From a virus, in IMG/VR virus record IMGVR_UViG_3300010278_000003: a stretch of 64,000 nt of DNA; one strand, given 5' to 3'. The notes under the pieces are model-generated. The model was not told where the DNA came from and searched no databases. It was given only the letters and a program-made list of their open reading frames with translations. Made by a program: the position numbers and the translations under genes. Position 1 is the first letter of the stretch, and every line of letters starts with the position of its first letter. Below, piece by piece: positions 10,320 to 23,135 of this stretch.

Positions 10320-11902
10320 TGTTTATTTATAGACAAATGTGTAATATTATACACATTGTTCTAACCAATAAATTTTATTAAATTTCCAAAGTAATCTGCA
10401 TTTTCGTACATTTACTTTCTTACAATGTTTCGTTTTTGATTGAAAATTTAAAGCCAATTGTTCTGGATATAAAGCAGTAACATATCCTGTATGACTTTCT
10501 CCATTTTTATATGTATAGGAAACTAAATCTCTATGCTTAATTCCTAACACATTATCAGTTTTTGCCTTTGATTTCCTTCTCATCGGTTTAATAGTCCACT
10601 CTTTAATATCACAAGTATCTGGAATACCATCTGCAATACATATGGCATCATTGCTGTGGGATTTTTCTATATTCCATTCAATCCTTTTGTTTGCAGTTTC
10701 TCCACCATTTGTAAGATGTAATATTCCTAATTCAGAAATCTTTTCTCTCAAATAAGTTTTCCCCTGCATTACATGCATTGCATAATCAAATCGTTTAGGC
10801 TTAGATTTAATCATATTGAAATATTTTTCTTCAAAATCCTTTTCTCTATTTTCTGTTTTATTATGACACTTTTCGCATAAAGTAATTAAATTTCCAATAG
10901 TATTAGCACCACCATATCTTCTTGCTCTTATATGATGTACTTCTAACATACAGTTAAATTTTCCACATTCTTGACACCTACATCCATCTCTCAGGATAGT
11001 TGCTTTTCTTAAATTTTCATCCAAGCGATTAGATTTCTGATATTGCCATCTATAAGGTTTATAATCATCTGTCATTGCATGAATATCTATACAAACATCT
11101 TCAAGGTAATATTCCTGAATATTAACCCACTTATTAAGCTGATATAATACTCTTAAAATGGCATCTTTCTTTTGTTTGATGCTTGGTGCTAATCTACAAG
11201 TTCTTTTAGAAAATGAACGGTTATTAAATCTTGCCTGTCTGTATCTTTTATGATAACGGTGATAACGTCTATATCCACGTCTTACATCCATGAGATGCTT
11301 TACATCTTGGCGTTGCTCAATCGTTCCTTTAAAAACCACTTTGTTTTTGGTAGGACATTTCTGAACAATAGCAAGACCAACATGAGCAGAACCGTCATCT
11401 ATACCACAAGCCATATGACTTTCATCGTCTTTATCAAACTCAACTTCTTTTTCTAATTGTATCACCATAGGATACTTGCTTTTTAATTTAGCTCTACCTT
11501 TTCTAATTAAGTACCAACCTTTATTAACTTTTGTCGGTGCTAATGGTCTATTATTTTTATCAATAACAAAACAATATTCAATTTTATTTTCCATCTCTGG
11601 ATACCTTCCTTTCGGAGTAATTTTCGTCTTGCCAATGTCGGAGAGGGTATATGTGTTTCTCTGTTATCTATGCAGGACATTAGCACAGTTTCTTGATTGG
11701 CACTCACAGAGCTTCAGACTGACGGGCACATCTGAAGGTGTGTTTTTAACCTTTTCTCTAACGTAGTTCGTATCTGCAACATATCTTTCGATAGTAGCAG
11801 TCACTAAGGCTTGAAACCTATCATTAAGCAAGTATAAATAAGAAATGTAATATACACTTGTCCACTTATTTACACTTTTATCTATATATTAGACTGCTTA
11901 AC
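10320..11902 (-). mobile_element. Non-autonomous IS200/IS605-family IscB (OMEGA) element; ends approximate
   Basis: iscB plus upstream omegaRNA inserted between two tail genes; no tnpA in the window. Confidence 0.8.
10347..11594 (-). CDS. iscB: RNA-guided endonuclease IscB
   Basis: PLMP-like PLAPT, RuvC-I GIDDGS, Arg-rich bridge helix, RuvC-II LEDV, HNH (CQEC...EVHH...[10 protein letters not shown]), RuvC-III SHSNDA. Confidence 0.93.
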   Translation of the reverse strand: MENKIEYCFVIDKNNRPLAPTKVNKGWYLIRKGRAKLKSKYPMVIQLEKEVEFDKDDESHMACGIDDGSAHVGLAIVQKCPTKNKVVFKGTIEQRQDVKHLMDVRRGYRRYHRYHKRYRQARFNNRSFSKRTCRLAPSIKQKKDAILRVLYQLNKWVNIQEYYLEDVCIDIHAMTDDYKPYRWQYQKSNRLDENLRKATILRDGCRCQECGKFNCMLEVHHIRARRYGGANTIGNLITLCEKCHNKTENREKDFEEKYFNMIKSKPKRFDYAMHVMQGKTYLREKISELGILHLTNGGETANKRIEWNIEKSHSNDAICIADGIPDTCDIKEWTIKPMRRKSKAKTDNVLGIKHRDLVSYTYKNGESHTGYVTALYPEQLALNFQSKTKHCKKVNVRKCRLLWKFNKIYWLEQCV

Positions 11903-11922
11903 AATTAGTCCTTTCTGTCTTG
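11600..11922 (-). ncRNA. omegaRNA (HEARO-like): scaffold ~11600-11902 and 5' guide ~11903-11922
   Basis: Blocks AAGCCTTAG, CTACGTT, CTTCAGATG...AGTCTGAAGCTCTG and ACATTGGCAAG directly upstream of iscB; first helix TTAAGCA/TGCTTAA. Confidence 0.8.
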
Positions 11923-11923
11923 A

Positions 11924-13492
11924 TTATTTATCTTCTTTAACAATAAACGGATAAAGAGGGTAGAACTCTGATAATGATAAAGACATTGTTCCACTCATCC
12001 ATGAACCACTCATAGATTTTATTATCCAGTTTTTTGTTTCACCTGTAGATTTTAATGTATATTCAACTTTTTCGTTTCCACATATAAACGGCACAAATAT
12101 AGAGTTAAGATTTAAAGAATATGTTTGTCTTGCTGACTGCCAATTCTCATATTCCGCATGTTCAATAGCTTTTTCGTCAGAATATATCTTGTCGCAATCT
12201 CCCGAAGATAAAACTTGCATACGTTCATCTATATATTCTCTACAAAATGGAGAGTCGGGATTAACGGTATAATAAATATTCTTTGTACCTTCTCTTTCCG
12301 CATCGGCTTTTTTGACTTCATCAGAAGGTTCGCTTGCTACAAGATAACAAACTGCAACTATTTGCCACTGTCCTTGCAAATAAATCTGTCTACGTCTATA
12401 TTTAAATACATAAGTACTGTTTTTTGTAATCTTTTCCGCAGCCAATCCGTTACCACTATCGTTTAAAATATTGTAAGTACCAACAGTGGTAGTTTCGTCT
12501 GAAACAGTATTTGTTATCTTTAATTTAGGATTTTCTTTATTTGTAGCAGGAATTTCCTCGATAGCAAGAACAGTACCAGTAGAAATTGTTCCATCAGTTT
12601 CAATGGGAAGGGCAGAAAAATTAGCAGTATAAGTGTTTGTATCAGCATCGTATGTAACACTGTTAGAAAAACGATCACATTCAAGACACTTTCCCCAAAC
12701 CTTTGTGGCGTTTTTAATAGAGAAAAGGTCACAAGTGATACTCTCATCTATTATTATGGATTTCCAAAAACTACTATCTAAAACGACAATATCATCTTTT
12801 GCAGTAGGAATAGGTTGACATACGAATGTTCCATCAATATCAAAGAATGCTTCCCAACCGGGGTACAAGTCTCTAAGTTCGACCACCATATCCCACCATG
12901 TTTGAGACGAGGAATATTCCAGTCGTTCATATGGAAACTCTTTGTTCATAGCACCGATTTTATATTTTACAATTCCAGCCCATTCCATAACTTTAAGCAT
13001 TGCGTTTCTTATAGTCGCAACGCCATCTTCATTTTTGTCCAATTCACTTTTTAAGATTCTTGTAACCTGACCTTTTAAAGCTCCTGCAATATTACCATTA
13101 TATAGACATACCATATCAGCACATTTCAAAGATATAGAATAATCTGACGCAGAATAGGTGAGAGTGTAATCCTGTAACACATAGATACCTCTGTTATATT
13201 CAATGTAATTGCCTGTACGGATTTCTTTCTTTTTTAATATAATTTGAATATATCTATTAATCCAAAGCTTTTTATCCTCACCAATATTTATAGAATTATT
13301 TTTTACAACAAAAGTTATGGTTGCTGATTTTCTAACATCTGAATCGACATCAAACGAAAAGTTGTCAGAAGTAACTTCGCCTTCAACTTCTCCGAGTGGA
13401 ACAAATTGCCTGTCCAACACTCTGACAGTTACGGCAATAGTATTCTGACGCTGTTTCATTAAATTAATATCATTTTGAGTAGGGAAGTACAT
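11924..13492 (-). CDS. Baseplate hub or tail tip protein
   Basis: SDVRKSATITF and WEAFFDIDGTFVCQPIP motifs; position downstream of TMP. Confidence 0.6.
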   Translation of the reverse strand: MYFPTQNDINLMKQRQNTIAVTVRVLDRQFVPLGEVEGEVTSDNFSFDVDSDVRKSATITFVVKNNSINIGEDKKLWINRYIQIILKKKEIRTGNYIEYNRGIYVLQDYTLTYSASDYSISLKCADMVCLYNGNIAGALKGQVTRILKSELDKNEDGVATIRNAMLKVMEWAGIVKYKIGAMNKEFPYERLEYSSSQTWWDMVVELRDLYPGWEAFFDIDGTFVCQPIPTAKDDIVVLDSSFWKSIIIDESITCDLFSIKNATKVWGKCLECDRFSNSVTYDADTNTYTANFSALPIETDGTISTGTVLAIEEIPATNKENPKLKITNTVSDETTTVGTYNILNDSGNGLAAEKITKNSTYVFKYRRRQIYLQGQWQIVAVCYLVASEPSDEVKKADAEREGTKNIYYTVNPDSPFCREYIDERMQVLSSGDCDKIYSDEKAIEHAEYENWQSARQTYSLNLNSIFVPFICGNEKVEYTLKSTGETKNWIIKSMSGSWMSGTMSLSLSEFYPLYPFIVKEDK

Positions 13493-13496
13493 TTAA

Positions 13497-14411
13497 TCAG
13501 CTCCCCTCTACATTACAGTTTGCAAAGCCTGAGAAATATAAGTCATTACTGCTTTCCAAATTACCTATTTCTGTCCAATCAAAACTTGTTACTACATTAT
13601 ATTTACTACCGTTTGCATTCTCAGTAATGGAGTTATTTACAACAGCTACAAGCCAACCACAACCATCATCATATTTGATAATCTTGGGTCTACCATCTGT
13701 GAGCATATCCTTAAGTTCATTTCTGTACTTGCAAGCATTTTCAAAATCCCATTCACAATTCTCTTTATCAAATGGAGCATATGTTGCAGCAAGTGTGCCT
13801 GAATCATAGTTGTTTATGCCATTATAGAACACATACGGATATTTACTGTCTAATGGTGTAGCAGTTGCTGATGCAAAGTTTCTCTGAGGAAGTATCTCAC
13901 CACACGAATTGATATTCAAAACGGTATGGAATATTTTATCCTGTCCAACAATAAACACACCTCTGAAATCAGGCTTGATGCTTTCAATAGTATATTCGCC
14001 CTCTACGTTATTAATAACGGGAACAAGAGCATACTCATATTCTTGCATAAGGGGAGTAATATCTTTAAATTCTATACGAACATCTTCAACTTTTTTAATA
14101 CCTGTCAATTCGTGTAAAGTAATCCATTTGTATGAACCCATTGGTCTACGTTTAACACGCAAAGCAGAAAGAGTACTAAGTGTATATTCAACATTACCAG
14201 CGAATAAGTTACCATGAAATTTTGCATAAAAGATTGTATTAGACGACCATTCTGGTTTAGTTGTCGAATTATAGTTCTCTATATCTAAAGAAGTGTAAAT
14301 TTCATCACATACAGAATTTTCTAAGGTTACACTGTTTGAGTTATTAATATTTACAAGGGTAGGGTCTGCACTGTGACTATATCCTAATATGCCTGAACCA
14401 AAAAACATCAT
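13497..14411 (-). CDS. Distal tail / baseplate protein
   Basis: YEYALVPV, SKYPYV...NYDSG and LTDGRPKIIK motifs; synteny. Confidence 0.55.
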   Translation of the reverse strand: MMFFGSGILGYSHSADPTLVNINNSNSVTLENSVCDEIYTSLDIENYNSTTKPEWSSNTIFYAKFHGNLFAGNVEYTLSTLSALRVKRRPMGSYKWITLHELTGIKKVEDVRIEFKDITPLMQEYEYALVPVINNVEGEYTIESIKPDFRGVFIVGQDKIFHTVLNINSCGEILPQRNFASATATPLDSKYPYVFYNGINNYDSGTLAATYAPFDKENCEWDFENACKYRNELKDMLTDGRPKIIKYDDGCGWLVAVVNNSITENANGSKYNVVTSFDWTEIGNLESSNDLYFSGFANCNVEGS

Positions 14412-15499
14412 GTGAACGCCACCTCCCCAAGATCTTTAATATTTAAGTTAAACAACCCATCTATTTTTTGAATAGCTATTAGTACACAACTGTCTGTTGA
14501 AGCAAGCGTTATATGATTACTTTGTATTATATATGTAAGAGTAAACGAACTGTTAATTTTAGTATTTGCTGTTAATTCAGCATAATATACTTCTCCATCA
14601 CCAAAGTTCCCTTTATTCCATGTTAATTTAATAGAATCTACACCGTTTGATATCTCAAGAAATGTAGAATAATCTTCTATATTTCTCCAAATACCTCCAA
14701 TTGTAAAAGTATTTTTTTTTAACGAAAAACCATCGTCAAAAATCACTTTACCACCATTTCTCATGTCAACAGCAGCGTTGTCAATATAAGAAATATTTCC
14801 TTCTGAGCGACCTTCTACGATTACAATATTTGTTGTAACCTTTACGCTCGATTCGTCTGCAACATTTTCGAGAGAAAGAACAAGAAACGTATTGGGGTTA
14901 ACTATATTTACAGAAAACCCTATGTATCCAGTGTCTACTTCTATGTTTGCCGCTGTGTTGCCAGTTGCTCTTACATAATAATTTGCATTATCAGTAAGAC
15001 CACCAATTGTTACGCTTAAAGAAGCATCGTTGTAAATAGCCCCACTTGACCAAACTTGATTGTGTCCATAATCATATAAAGTAACGATATATTGAGACAA
15101 TGCAATATTCTCTTTTTGCGAATAAGAAAGTTTAAAAGGGTAGGAGGCATCGCTAATAATATCTCCATCGTTTACATTCGAAAATTTAAAAATAGGAGTG
15201 GAATAACAGGTAAAAAGAACGGAATTGCTTACAGGAGATTCATTGTCATTCTTATCAAAAACAGTAAGAGTTGCTACATAAGTTTTACCATTGACCATTT
15301 TTTCAGATGTAAACTCAGCAGCAACAGGGTGATATAATTGCATCGAAACAACTTTTTCTTGGTATACTGTTTTTAATGTTTCATTATCTTTTATAGTAAG
15401 TCTGCTTGCAAAAACTTGTTCTCCTGTGTAATAAAACTTTACTGTTGTACCTTTAGAAACATCAAAGTTATCTATTGCATATAAAATAGGACTTAACAC
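14408..15499 (-). CDS. Tail protein with Fn3/Ig-like domains
   Basis: NGKTYVATLTV and GLTDNANYYVRA beta-sandwich signatures. Confidence 0.55.
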   Translation of the reverse strand: MLSPILYAIDNFDVSKGTTVKFYYTGEQVFASRLTIKDNETLKTVYQEKVVSMQLYHPVAAEFTSEKMVNGKTYVATLTVFDKNDNESPVSNSVLFTCYSTPIFKFSNVNDGDIISDASYPFKLSYSQKENIALSQYIVTLYDYGHNQVWSSGAIYNDASLSVTIGGLTDNANYYVRATGNTAANIEVDTGYIGFSVNIVNPNTFLVLSLENVADESSVKVTTNIVIVEGRSEGNISYIDNAAVDMRNGGKVIFDDGFSLKKNTFTIGGIWRNIEDYSTFLEISNGVDSIKLTWNKGNFGDGEVYYAELTANTKINSSFTLTYIIQSNHITLASTDSCVLIAIQKIDGLFNLNIKDLGEVAFT

Positions 15500-15526
15500 T
15501 TAATTTTCTTCACCATCCTTTCATTT

Positions 15527-15874
15527 TTATTCCGAATACACAATCCAAATATCACCATCATTCCCATCAGAAGATGTGGGTTCTTTTGATGATACATGAA
15601 CAGATGATGAAGATTTTGGAAGCAGGGTAATATTATTCATATTATTTTGCTTGATTAAAACGTCAACTGTATCGTTGACTTTACAGGAAATATTAGATTT
15701 AATTTCATATTTTGTTCCATCAAGCATAATGGTAACAGTATCTCTATTTACAGATATTACTCTTGCCTGTCTTGTAATATCAAATGGTAAATTTTTTACG
15801 GTGTTATTGACCATAATTTCAATAGCATCTAATATTTCTTTCTTTATATTTATGTTAGTTTTTTCGTTTAACAT
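15527..15874 (-). CDS. Baseplate or spike-associated small protein
   Basis: OB-like ARVISVNRDTVTIMLDG; C-terminal EPTSSDGNDGDIW. Confidence 0.5.
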   Translation of the reverse strand: MLNEKTNINIKKEILDAIEIMVNNTVKNLPFDITRQARVISVNRDTVTIMLDGTKYEIKSNISCKVNDTVDVLIKQNNMNNITLLPKSSSSVHVSSKEPTSSDGNDGDIWIVYSE

Positions 15875-16097
15875 TTTTCTTCACCAACTAAAAAAAGACA
15901 ATATGTTCGTACAAAACATACTGTCTTTAAAAATTATTTGACAAAATATGACTTTACTATATAATTAATTGCAGAGACGTTCATGCTTTTGAGCAGAAAA
16001 CAGGTGGTTGCCTTCGATTCCAACGAATTATTATGGGAAAGGAGGCTGAGTGTACATCGTAGTATTTCGTTGAGATTTCAGCGAAGGAGTGATGTAT

Positions 16098-16202
16098 ATG
16101 TTTAATTTCATTGTAGTGTGTGCTATGATTTTTATCTTAGCTCCAAAGATACAAAGTGTAGTTGACTCATTGACGAAACTTGTTCTTGCTATAAAGAAAT
16201 AA
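16098..16202 (+). CDS. Type I toxin-like hydrophobic peptide (34 aa, MFNFIVVCAMIFILAPKIQSVVDSLTKLVLAIKK)
   Basis: RBS AAGGAG; TM helix with basic tail; upstream TTGACA/TATAAT promoter at ~15938-15965; not in the ORF track. Confidence 0.7.
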   Translation: MFNFIVVCAMIFILAPKIQSVVDSLTKLVLAIKK

Positions 16203-16290
16203 TCACCTACTCGCAATAGGTGATTATTTAAAGTAACACGTATTAGATTTTCATCGAAGGCGACTACTTATTGAACGTCTTCTTTTTATA
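16195..16290 (-). ncRNA. Antisense antitoxin RNA of the type I TA locus
   Basis: TTGATT-17-TATAAT promoter at 16325-16297; ends in the hairpin at ~16198-16229 plus a U tract. Confidence 0.6.
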
Positions 16291-16395
16291 TAAGTAATTA
16301 TATTAAATTAATTATATAAAATCAATACCTTATACAAAAAAATATTGAAATATATTAAGTTATAATAGGATAGGGTGGTTAACCTATTCTAATTA

Positions 16396-19300
16396 TTATC
16401 TCCTATAAGTACGCTGTAAAGCGTCAGAACTAAGAGTTTTTAATTGACTAATAAGTTCTTCTCCATTTGAAACGTTAGGAAGTACTAATTTATCAAAGTT
16501 ATATCTATATACAATATTGCTTGTTTGAGGTCTACTTACATTATCAAGACTCTTAACAAGAGTGTTAACACCAGTAAACATATCAGAATATACATTGGCA
16601 AAAACGTCACTTTGTACAGTACTGCTCTTAAATATATCAGGTATTTCGACAGGAATTAAATCATCAGGTATGTTAGAGCCATTTTTCATTTTATCATAAG
16701 TCTTTAAAATGGCTTGCGATTCGTCATGAGGGAATACTTGATCTCCATACTCTAAGTATGTCTTTCGACCTTGTGTTGTATTACGTAAAATAAGCTCTTT
16801 GCCTGCATCATCTACTATTGCATGATGGGGAATTTTAATTTTGTCCGTACCTTTTGCATGTCGTGTAACAGTTACACTTGTTGTACTACCCGAACTGCTC
16901 TTAGTTTCTGACTTTGTATTACCTTTTGAGTCTGTTGTTACATTAACAGTTACATTGGTCGAACCACCAATTATACCTGAACTATTAGATGAATCACCAT
17001 ATTTATTTCTAATAGATTCTGCTTGTTGGTGGTATTGGTGCATTCCTTCTTTGTCGCCTCTTGCTTCAGCTTCTTTATAGGCATCCTGTGCTTTTTTAAT
17101 GGCATCTTTATCAGATTGACTATAACTATCTCTGTATGTTCCATCTGAAGAAAAGTCGCCCCTTTTGTTTCCACCACCATTAGAGCCGCCACCAGACGAG
17201 CCACCTCTATATATTTCTCCGTTTTTAGTATTGATTGTTCCTACTAGAGTGTTGGTTGCTTTATCTACAACTTCAACTACACCATTAAGTCCTTCTTTTA
17301 AATCGTAAGCTCCTTCGCCAAAAGTATCATTCAAAATACCCATAGCATCAGAGTTTTCTTTTAGTTTATCAGAATTGGATTTAATGTTTTTATCTTGTCT
17401 ATCGGCAGAAATCTTAAGGTCATTATACTGTTTATTATAGTCAGATCTATAAGCTCGATTAGCATCTACATTACTACCAGGTTCGTAATTAGGGTCATTG
17501 ACAATTTTATCATAAATTTTATTAAAGACATCGCTATTATAAATATCCTCAGCATTAGGAATTTCTGTGATATTATCTACTATATCCGAGAAATCAAGGG
17601 CAGTATCACTATATCCAGTTTTAACTAAATTATGATCCCTATCATAGCTAAGACTTGTTACTTTTTTTCCAGAAGCATCATAAGAACCAACAGATGATTC
17701 GCTATTTCCATTTTTGGCATTCAGTATCTCTCTATAAACTCTCTCAGCATCTTCACGAGCTTTAATAGTTGCTTTTTTATCGCCATTGCTTCCAGTGTTG
17801 ACCAAATCTAATAGGTGTTTAGTATATTCTCTACTATTAGGGTCATTAAGCCATTCATCAAGAACTCCCAATTCAATCATTTTATTAAGAGTGCTTTGAG
17901 CGTGTTGTCTGTCAGTATAACCAGAAGGACTACCTGTAATATAGCTATTCTTAAACCAATCTTTATTTGCAGCAGTAGTGTGTCCATGTATATCGTTAAA
18001 TTGATAAAAACCATTACCAATATAAGAAGTATTGTAAGATTTAAAGAAATCTTCAAAATTATCATACTTCTTGCCACTATTATAGCCAGCGTTTTTATTA
18101 GCATTTACACCAGAAACTTTTTCACCTTTTTCACCAAAAAAGCTAAGATAATAATCTCTTGCAGACTTGTAAGCATCGCTATCTTCACCAACAGTTTCCT
18201 TAAGCTGTTCAAGACCTTTTTTGAACGTGTCTTCGTCTATAAGGATTGGATTATCATTGCCATCATAGGATACTCCCGGAAGACGAGTACCATCAGCATT
18301 AATGTTACCACCATTTTGTGTTCCTTTTGCAATACTTTCTGCAACACCGCTTGATACAGCATCTTTGATATCATCAGGTAAACCTTGCATTGTTATATTG
18401 AGATTATCAACCGAGTCGGTTGCATCATCAACATACGAAGAATTGGTAGATACTGCGGAAGTATTAGTATTTAAGCCAGTGGTATTTTTTGAAGTATTAG
18501 TGTTTGATTGATCAATGCTTTTCTTCGTAACTAAAACATTGTCATTTAATACCTCAATAGTACCAGTATAAGCATATTGTCCAGCATTATTATCATCAAT
18601 TTTAGTTATTAAATCTTCAACTTTTTTCGAATAAAGACCAGTGATTGTACTTTGATATACACCAGCTTCGTCTTTACGAGAAGGGTCTACTATCTCATAA
18701 ACACCACCACCTGTTAATATTCTATCACCAACTTTTGCACCAGCAGGAGCTGTGCCGTCTTTATTGGCATAATAATATGTAACATCTTTAGTTGTAGTTT
18801 CAGGATGATTTACTCTTATAAGATTAGCTATTCTGCCAAATAAATCTTCATATTCATTAAGAATATCCTGTGCTGTCTGCTTTGTTATTTTTTCAATATC
18901 TTCACAAACATTGTAATATTTATCACCGAAATCTTCGACATCAAGAGTACAATCGTTTACACGTTCTTCCCAATCACTACCAAAAATATTAGAAGCTTTT
19001 AACTTATCAGCAGCCTCCTGCCATTTGTCAGTGATTTTATCCCACATATCTTTGTAATCGTTAAGGGCATCAATTTGTTTTTCAATGTCATTGATACGCT
19101 GTTCATTTTCAAAGTCTGCGAGGTCTTGTTCTTTTTGCTTAATATCATCTTCATCGGCTTCGTAAGTCCAACCAATTCCTTTACGGTAAATATGTACAAC
19201 TTTATTTTGTTTGGCTTTTGATAAAGCTTCTTTTAACTGTGCTAATTTTAAGGCACGGTCTTGCTCATCATTAATTGCCTGAAGTTCTTCTTTTTGTTTC

Positions 19301-22300
19301 TCAAGAGCTTCTATATTATTCTCTATAACTTTAATTACAGCATTTTTAGCAGAATCGTATTTATCTCTTTTATCCTCAAGTAGTTGTTTACGAGCTTCCT
19401 TTATACCATTAGATGCATCCATTAATTGCTTAATAAGCTTTTGAACTTTCTCAGATGTATTATCAAGTCCTTGTGCGTAAGCATCATTAAGCTCTTTTAA
19501 TGTTGTAGTAATTTCCTCACCAAAAAGCTTAATCTGATCTTCGGTATTATTTAATTCTTTAGCAACACTTATCTTAAACTCAATATCAGTGATTTTATCA
19601 TCATATATCTGTTCTTTTAATGACTGTAAATCATCATTATATTGTTCAAGGGTATAATTATTATCTTGCCAAGTAACAGCCAAATCTTTATTGGCATCAG
19701 CCATTTCCTCAGTCTTGTTGATTAAATCTTCATAATAATGAATAAGCTCATTAGTATCTTCTTGGTCTTTACCTTTAAGTTCATTAAGATGTTCTAAATT
19801 ACTAATATGAAGCTTGTCCGTATAAGGGTCATAACTAACATCAAAATTCTTTGCTTTTAACTCTGCAACATTTTTCTGAATTTCCTTATCTCTTGCTTCG
19901 TTTAATGCTTCGATTGCCTTTTGCTCTTCTTCCATTGCCGTAATGCGGTCTTTCATAAGAGCAATTTTTTCTTCATTTGTCTTAGCATTATCATATTTTT
20001 TGTCTATAGCTTCACGTTTAGCTTTCGCATCTTCATAGGCTTCGGTAAAGTTACGAAGTGCATCTATTTCTGCTTGATAAGCTTCGGTTTCAGAGCCGCC
20101 ACCGCCGCCTCCGCCGCCAGAACCGGAAGAATTTCCAGAATCTTTTGAAGTATTAGATATAAGATTACCATTAATATTTCCAACACCCGTGGTAGCCGTT
20201 GTAGAACCAGAGGTTTTCTTAGTTGTTTTATTTGAGGTTGAAATATTAACCTTGCTTTTTAAACTTGATCCCATACTTCTAGCTATTTCAGAACTTGACA
20301 TCCCCTCGTATTTAGTTCCCGCATATCTAACCTTGCTATTACCACCTAAAGAAAATAAAGGTAGATGACCGCCAGTAGCATTTATTTTTGAAGCAATATT
20401 ATTCCATGTACTTTTTAACGAATCAAAATTTCCACCTACACTAATAACAGCACTCGAATTGGAAATACTATCTATGGTATTGTTTGTTGCAGTTACAGCG
20501 CTTGATGTGTTAGCACCAACTTTAACAGTAGGATTTGAATTATTAACTTTTGATTCGAACTTGGTTAATATATTTTCAGCTTGTTTTGGATCAGCCGTAA
20601 ATGTTATTACACCATTTTGATCTGTTTTAACATAATCAAGTTGAGTTTCTACACCGTCAACATTTGCTGTAAAAACAACACTTCCATCTTGTTGCTTTAC
20701 TGCTTCTATAGTTTGTTCAACACCGTCAACATTTGCTGTAAAAGTAATAACAGTTCCAGCAGCCATAATACTAATTTTGTTCATAAGAGACTGAAGACTG
20801 TCAGCATTATTAATTTTAGTATCTATAGTTAAAGTGTGAGGAGTTGAGAAAAACTCATTCCAATATTCTACAAAATCATCATCAGAAGCACTTGATATAT
20901 CAATATTCTTTCCGTCAAGCCAATTATTAAACTCATCTAAAAGTTCAAGATACTCAGTTTGTTTTGCTTCAATCTTCTTCTGCATCTGCATTATTTCATC
21001 GTCACTTGCAGTTCCAGAAGTAACTCTTGATTGCATTTCGTCCGTTGCTTCGTCTATACCAGATTGAAGAGCAGAGACATAATCATTTGCTATTGTATCT
21101 ATATTAGTTTGGTCTTCAAGCATTTTAATGGCTTGATCATTGTACGAGAGCAAAGAAGAATAATCCTCTTTATTTTCGTTACCAAACTTCATTTTTGTTT
21201 TTATTTTATCAATTTGATCATATAACTGCTGTAAGTTATATTCAAATTTAATTGGAATGTCAAATCCTTCAGTTAAGGCTGACATGTCATCATTAAATCC
21301 TGCAACCTGCTTATCCCAATTTTCAATTAATTTTCCGAGTTTTTCTTTTCTTGTGCCATCCTGAAGGTCATCATAAACATCTCTTAAAGAAGATATTTCA
21401 TCTTTAATTTTCTCTATTGTTTGATATGTATCCTCTACATCATCAAACACAAAGCCATAATCCGACATTGACTTTAAAACCGCACTGACAACCTCAACAC
21501 TTGTACCTAACTTGTCAGCTACTTCCTGAGTACTTTTAAAATGTGTTTTAATATTTCCAGTACTTTTGTCGATGTCCACAAGAGTAGGATCTACTTTTTT
21601 CAAATCATTCCAGAAGTTCCACATAGAAGCAGTTTGATCTTCTGAATTAAACCATCTTGATACTTTCTCGTAATTTTTCTTCCAAGCATCAGCATATGCA
21701 TTTGCAGGAATGGTATAGGCAGAAGTATCTATTTTTTGAGGATTCATCCATTGTGCAACCGATTGAAAGTCATCAGTACCAATAAAACCACCATCAAATA
21801 ATTTTTTTGCCTTTTCTAAATAATCAGATAAAGATGTCCAATCAACACTTGAATTTGCCGATTCAAAGGCGGTTTTTACCGATTCTAAAGTACCGCCTAA
21901 CACGTTTGCTACATCTTCTCCAGCTTCTTTGGCTTTTTCAAGAGATTTACGGTACTCGTCAACTGCGTTCTTTGCGTCTTGATAGCTTTTTATTGTATCG
22001 TTATCAATGCCCATACTAACAGTACGTAATTCATCTTCTGAAAGACTGTTAAAATATGCTTCATATTGAGATGTGTAAGTAACAGAACCTTTTTTGTCTG
22101 AAAAGAATTGTTTAATTCGATTCTTATAATCGTTAGTATCTATCTCACCAATTTTTATATTTACAGTTACAACATCGTTCTCAATTTTATTAGCCATATC
22201 AAGATAATCTTGATATAATTGTTCCATCTTAGTCTTTTCTTCTTGATCATCGTCATAGACACCAGCATCAAGATACTTTTTAATCGTATCTGCATATTCA

Positions 22301-23135
22301 AGATATTCTTTCTCAGTTTCAAGAAGGGTAGAATTATAATCTTGAAGTTTTTGTTTGGACTTATCTATGTCGTTTTTATAAAGATTAGCAGCAAACGTAT
22401 TACCTGCATCTGCCATTTCTTGGGCAGCTTTGGTATAAGTATCTAACTGTTTTTCTACTCTTTCGATATGAAACATAGTATTTCCATATTTTTGAGCACT
22501 TTTACCGACCTTGCTACTTCCAGATTTACTACTAATTACACCTTCGTTTAAAAGACCGCCTCTACCATACAGTTCGTTCTCGGCTAATTTCTTTTGTTCC
22601 TGCTCATAAATCTTTTGATCAAGTTCAAGTCTTTGTTGTAAATAATCTAAACGAGATTGTTCCGCTTCAGTTAATCCACCTTCATCACGAAGAGCAAGAA
22701 GCTTTTTCTCTTCTTCTTCAAGAGATGATATTTCGGATGAAAGATTGTCAACTATCTCTTGCTGTTCTTCAAGAGTAACATTCAGTTTATCCCAAACCCA
22801 CATACCTGCTTTAATAGCTAAATTAACTGCAAGCATAATACCTATGTTTTTAGCTGCATCTAATGCTGCTTTGCCAAATTTAGCGAATTTGTCGGATGAA
22901 GCACCAATAAATGAAGCATATTGTTCTGCTACATCCTTAGAATAATCACAAGTATTAGTAAACTTTGTTAATTCACCATCTGCGAGTTCAAAATCTTTTG
23001 CAAATTCTAATATTTCACCTTCATTATTAAAAATTTTTCCTTGTAAGGCTTCAAGAAAATTACTTTGATTTTCTGTCAGTTTTTTAAAGAATGAGCTAAA
23101 TATTGTACTCCAACCATTTTCGCCATGATTGACAA
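16396..23135 (-). CDS. Tape measure protein, 3' exon
   Basis: The frame of ORF 16396-22836 stays open to 23157 with no ATG and no clear RBS; coiled coils and a C-terminal HAKGT motif. Confidence 0.8.

Noticed and set aside
3866-22945. Many short plus-strand ORFs in the track overlapping structural genes (e.g. 5771-6124, 17815-18354)
   Set aside because: Antisense shadows of long minus-strand genes, with no RBS and atypical composition.
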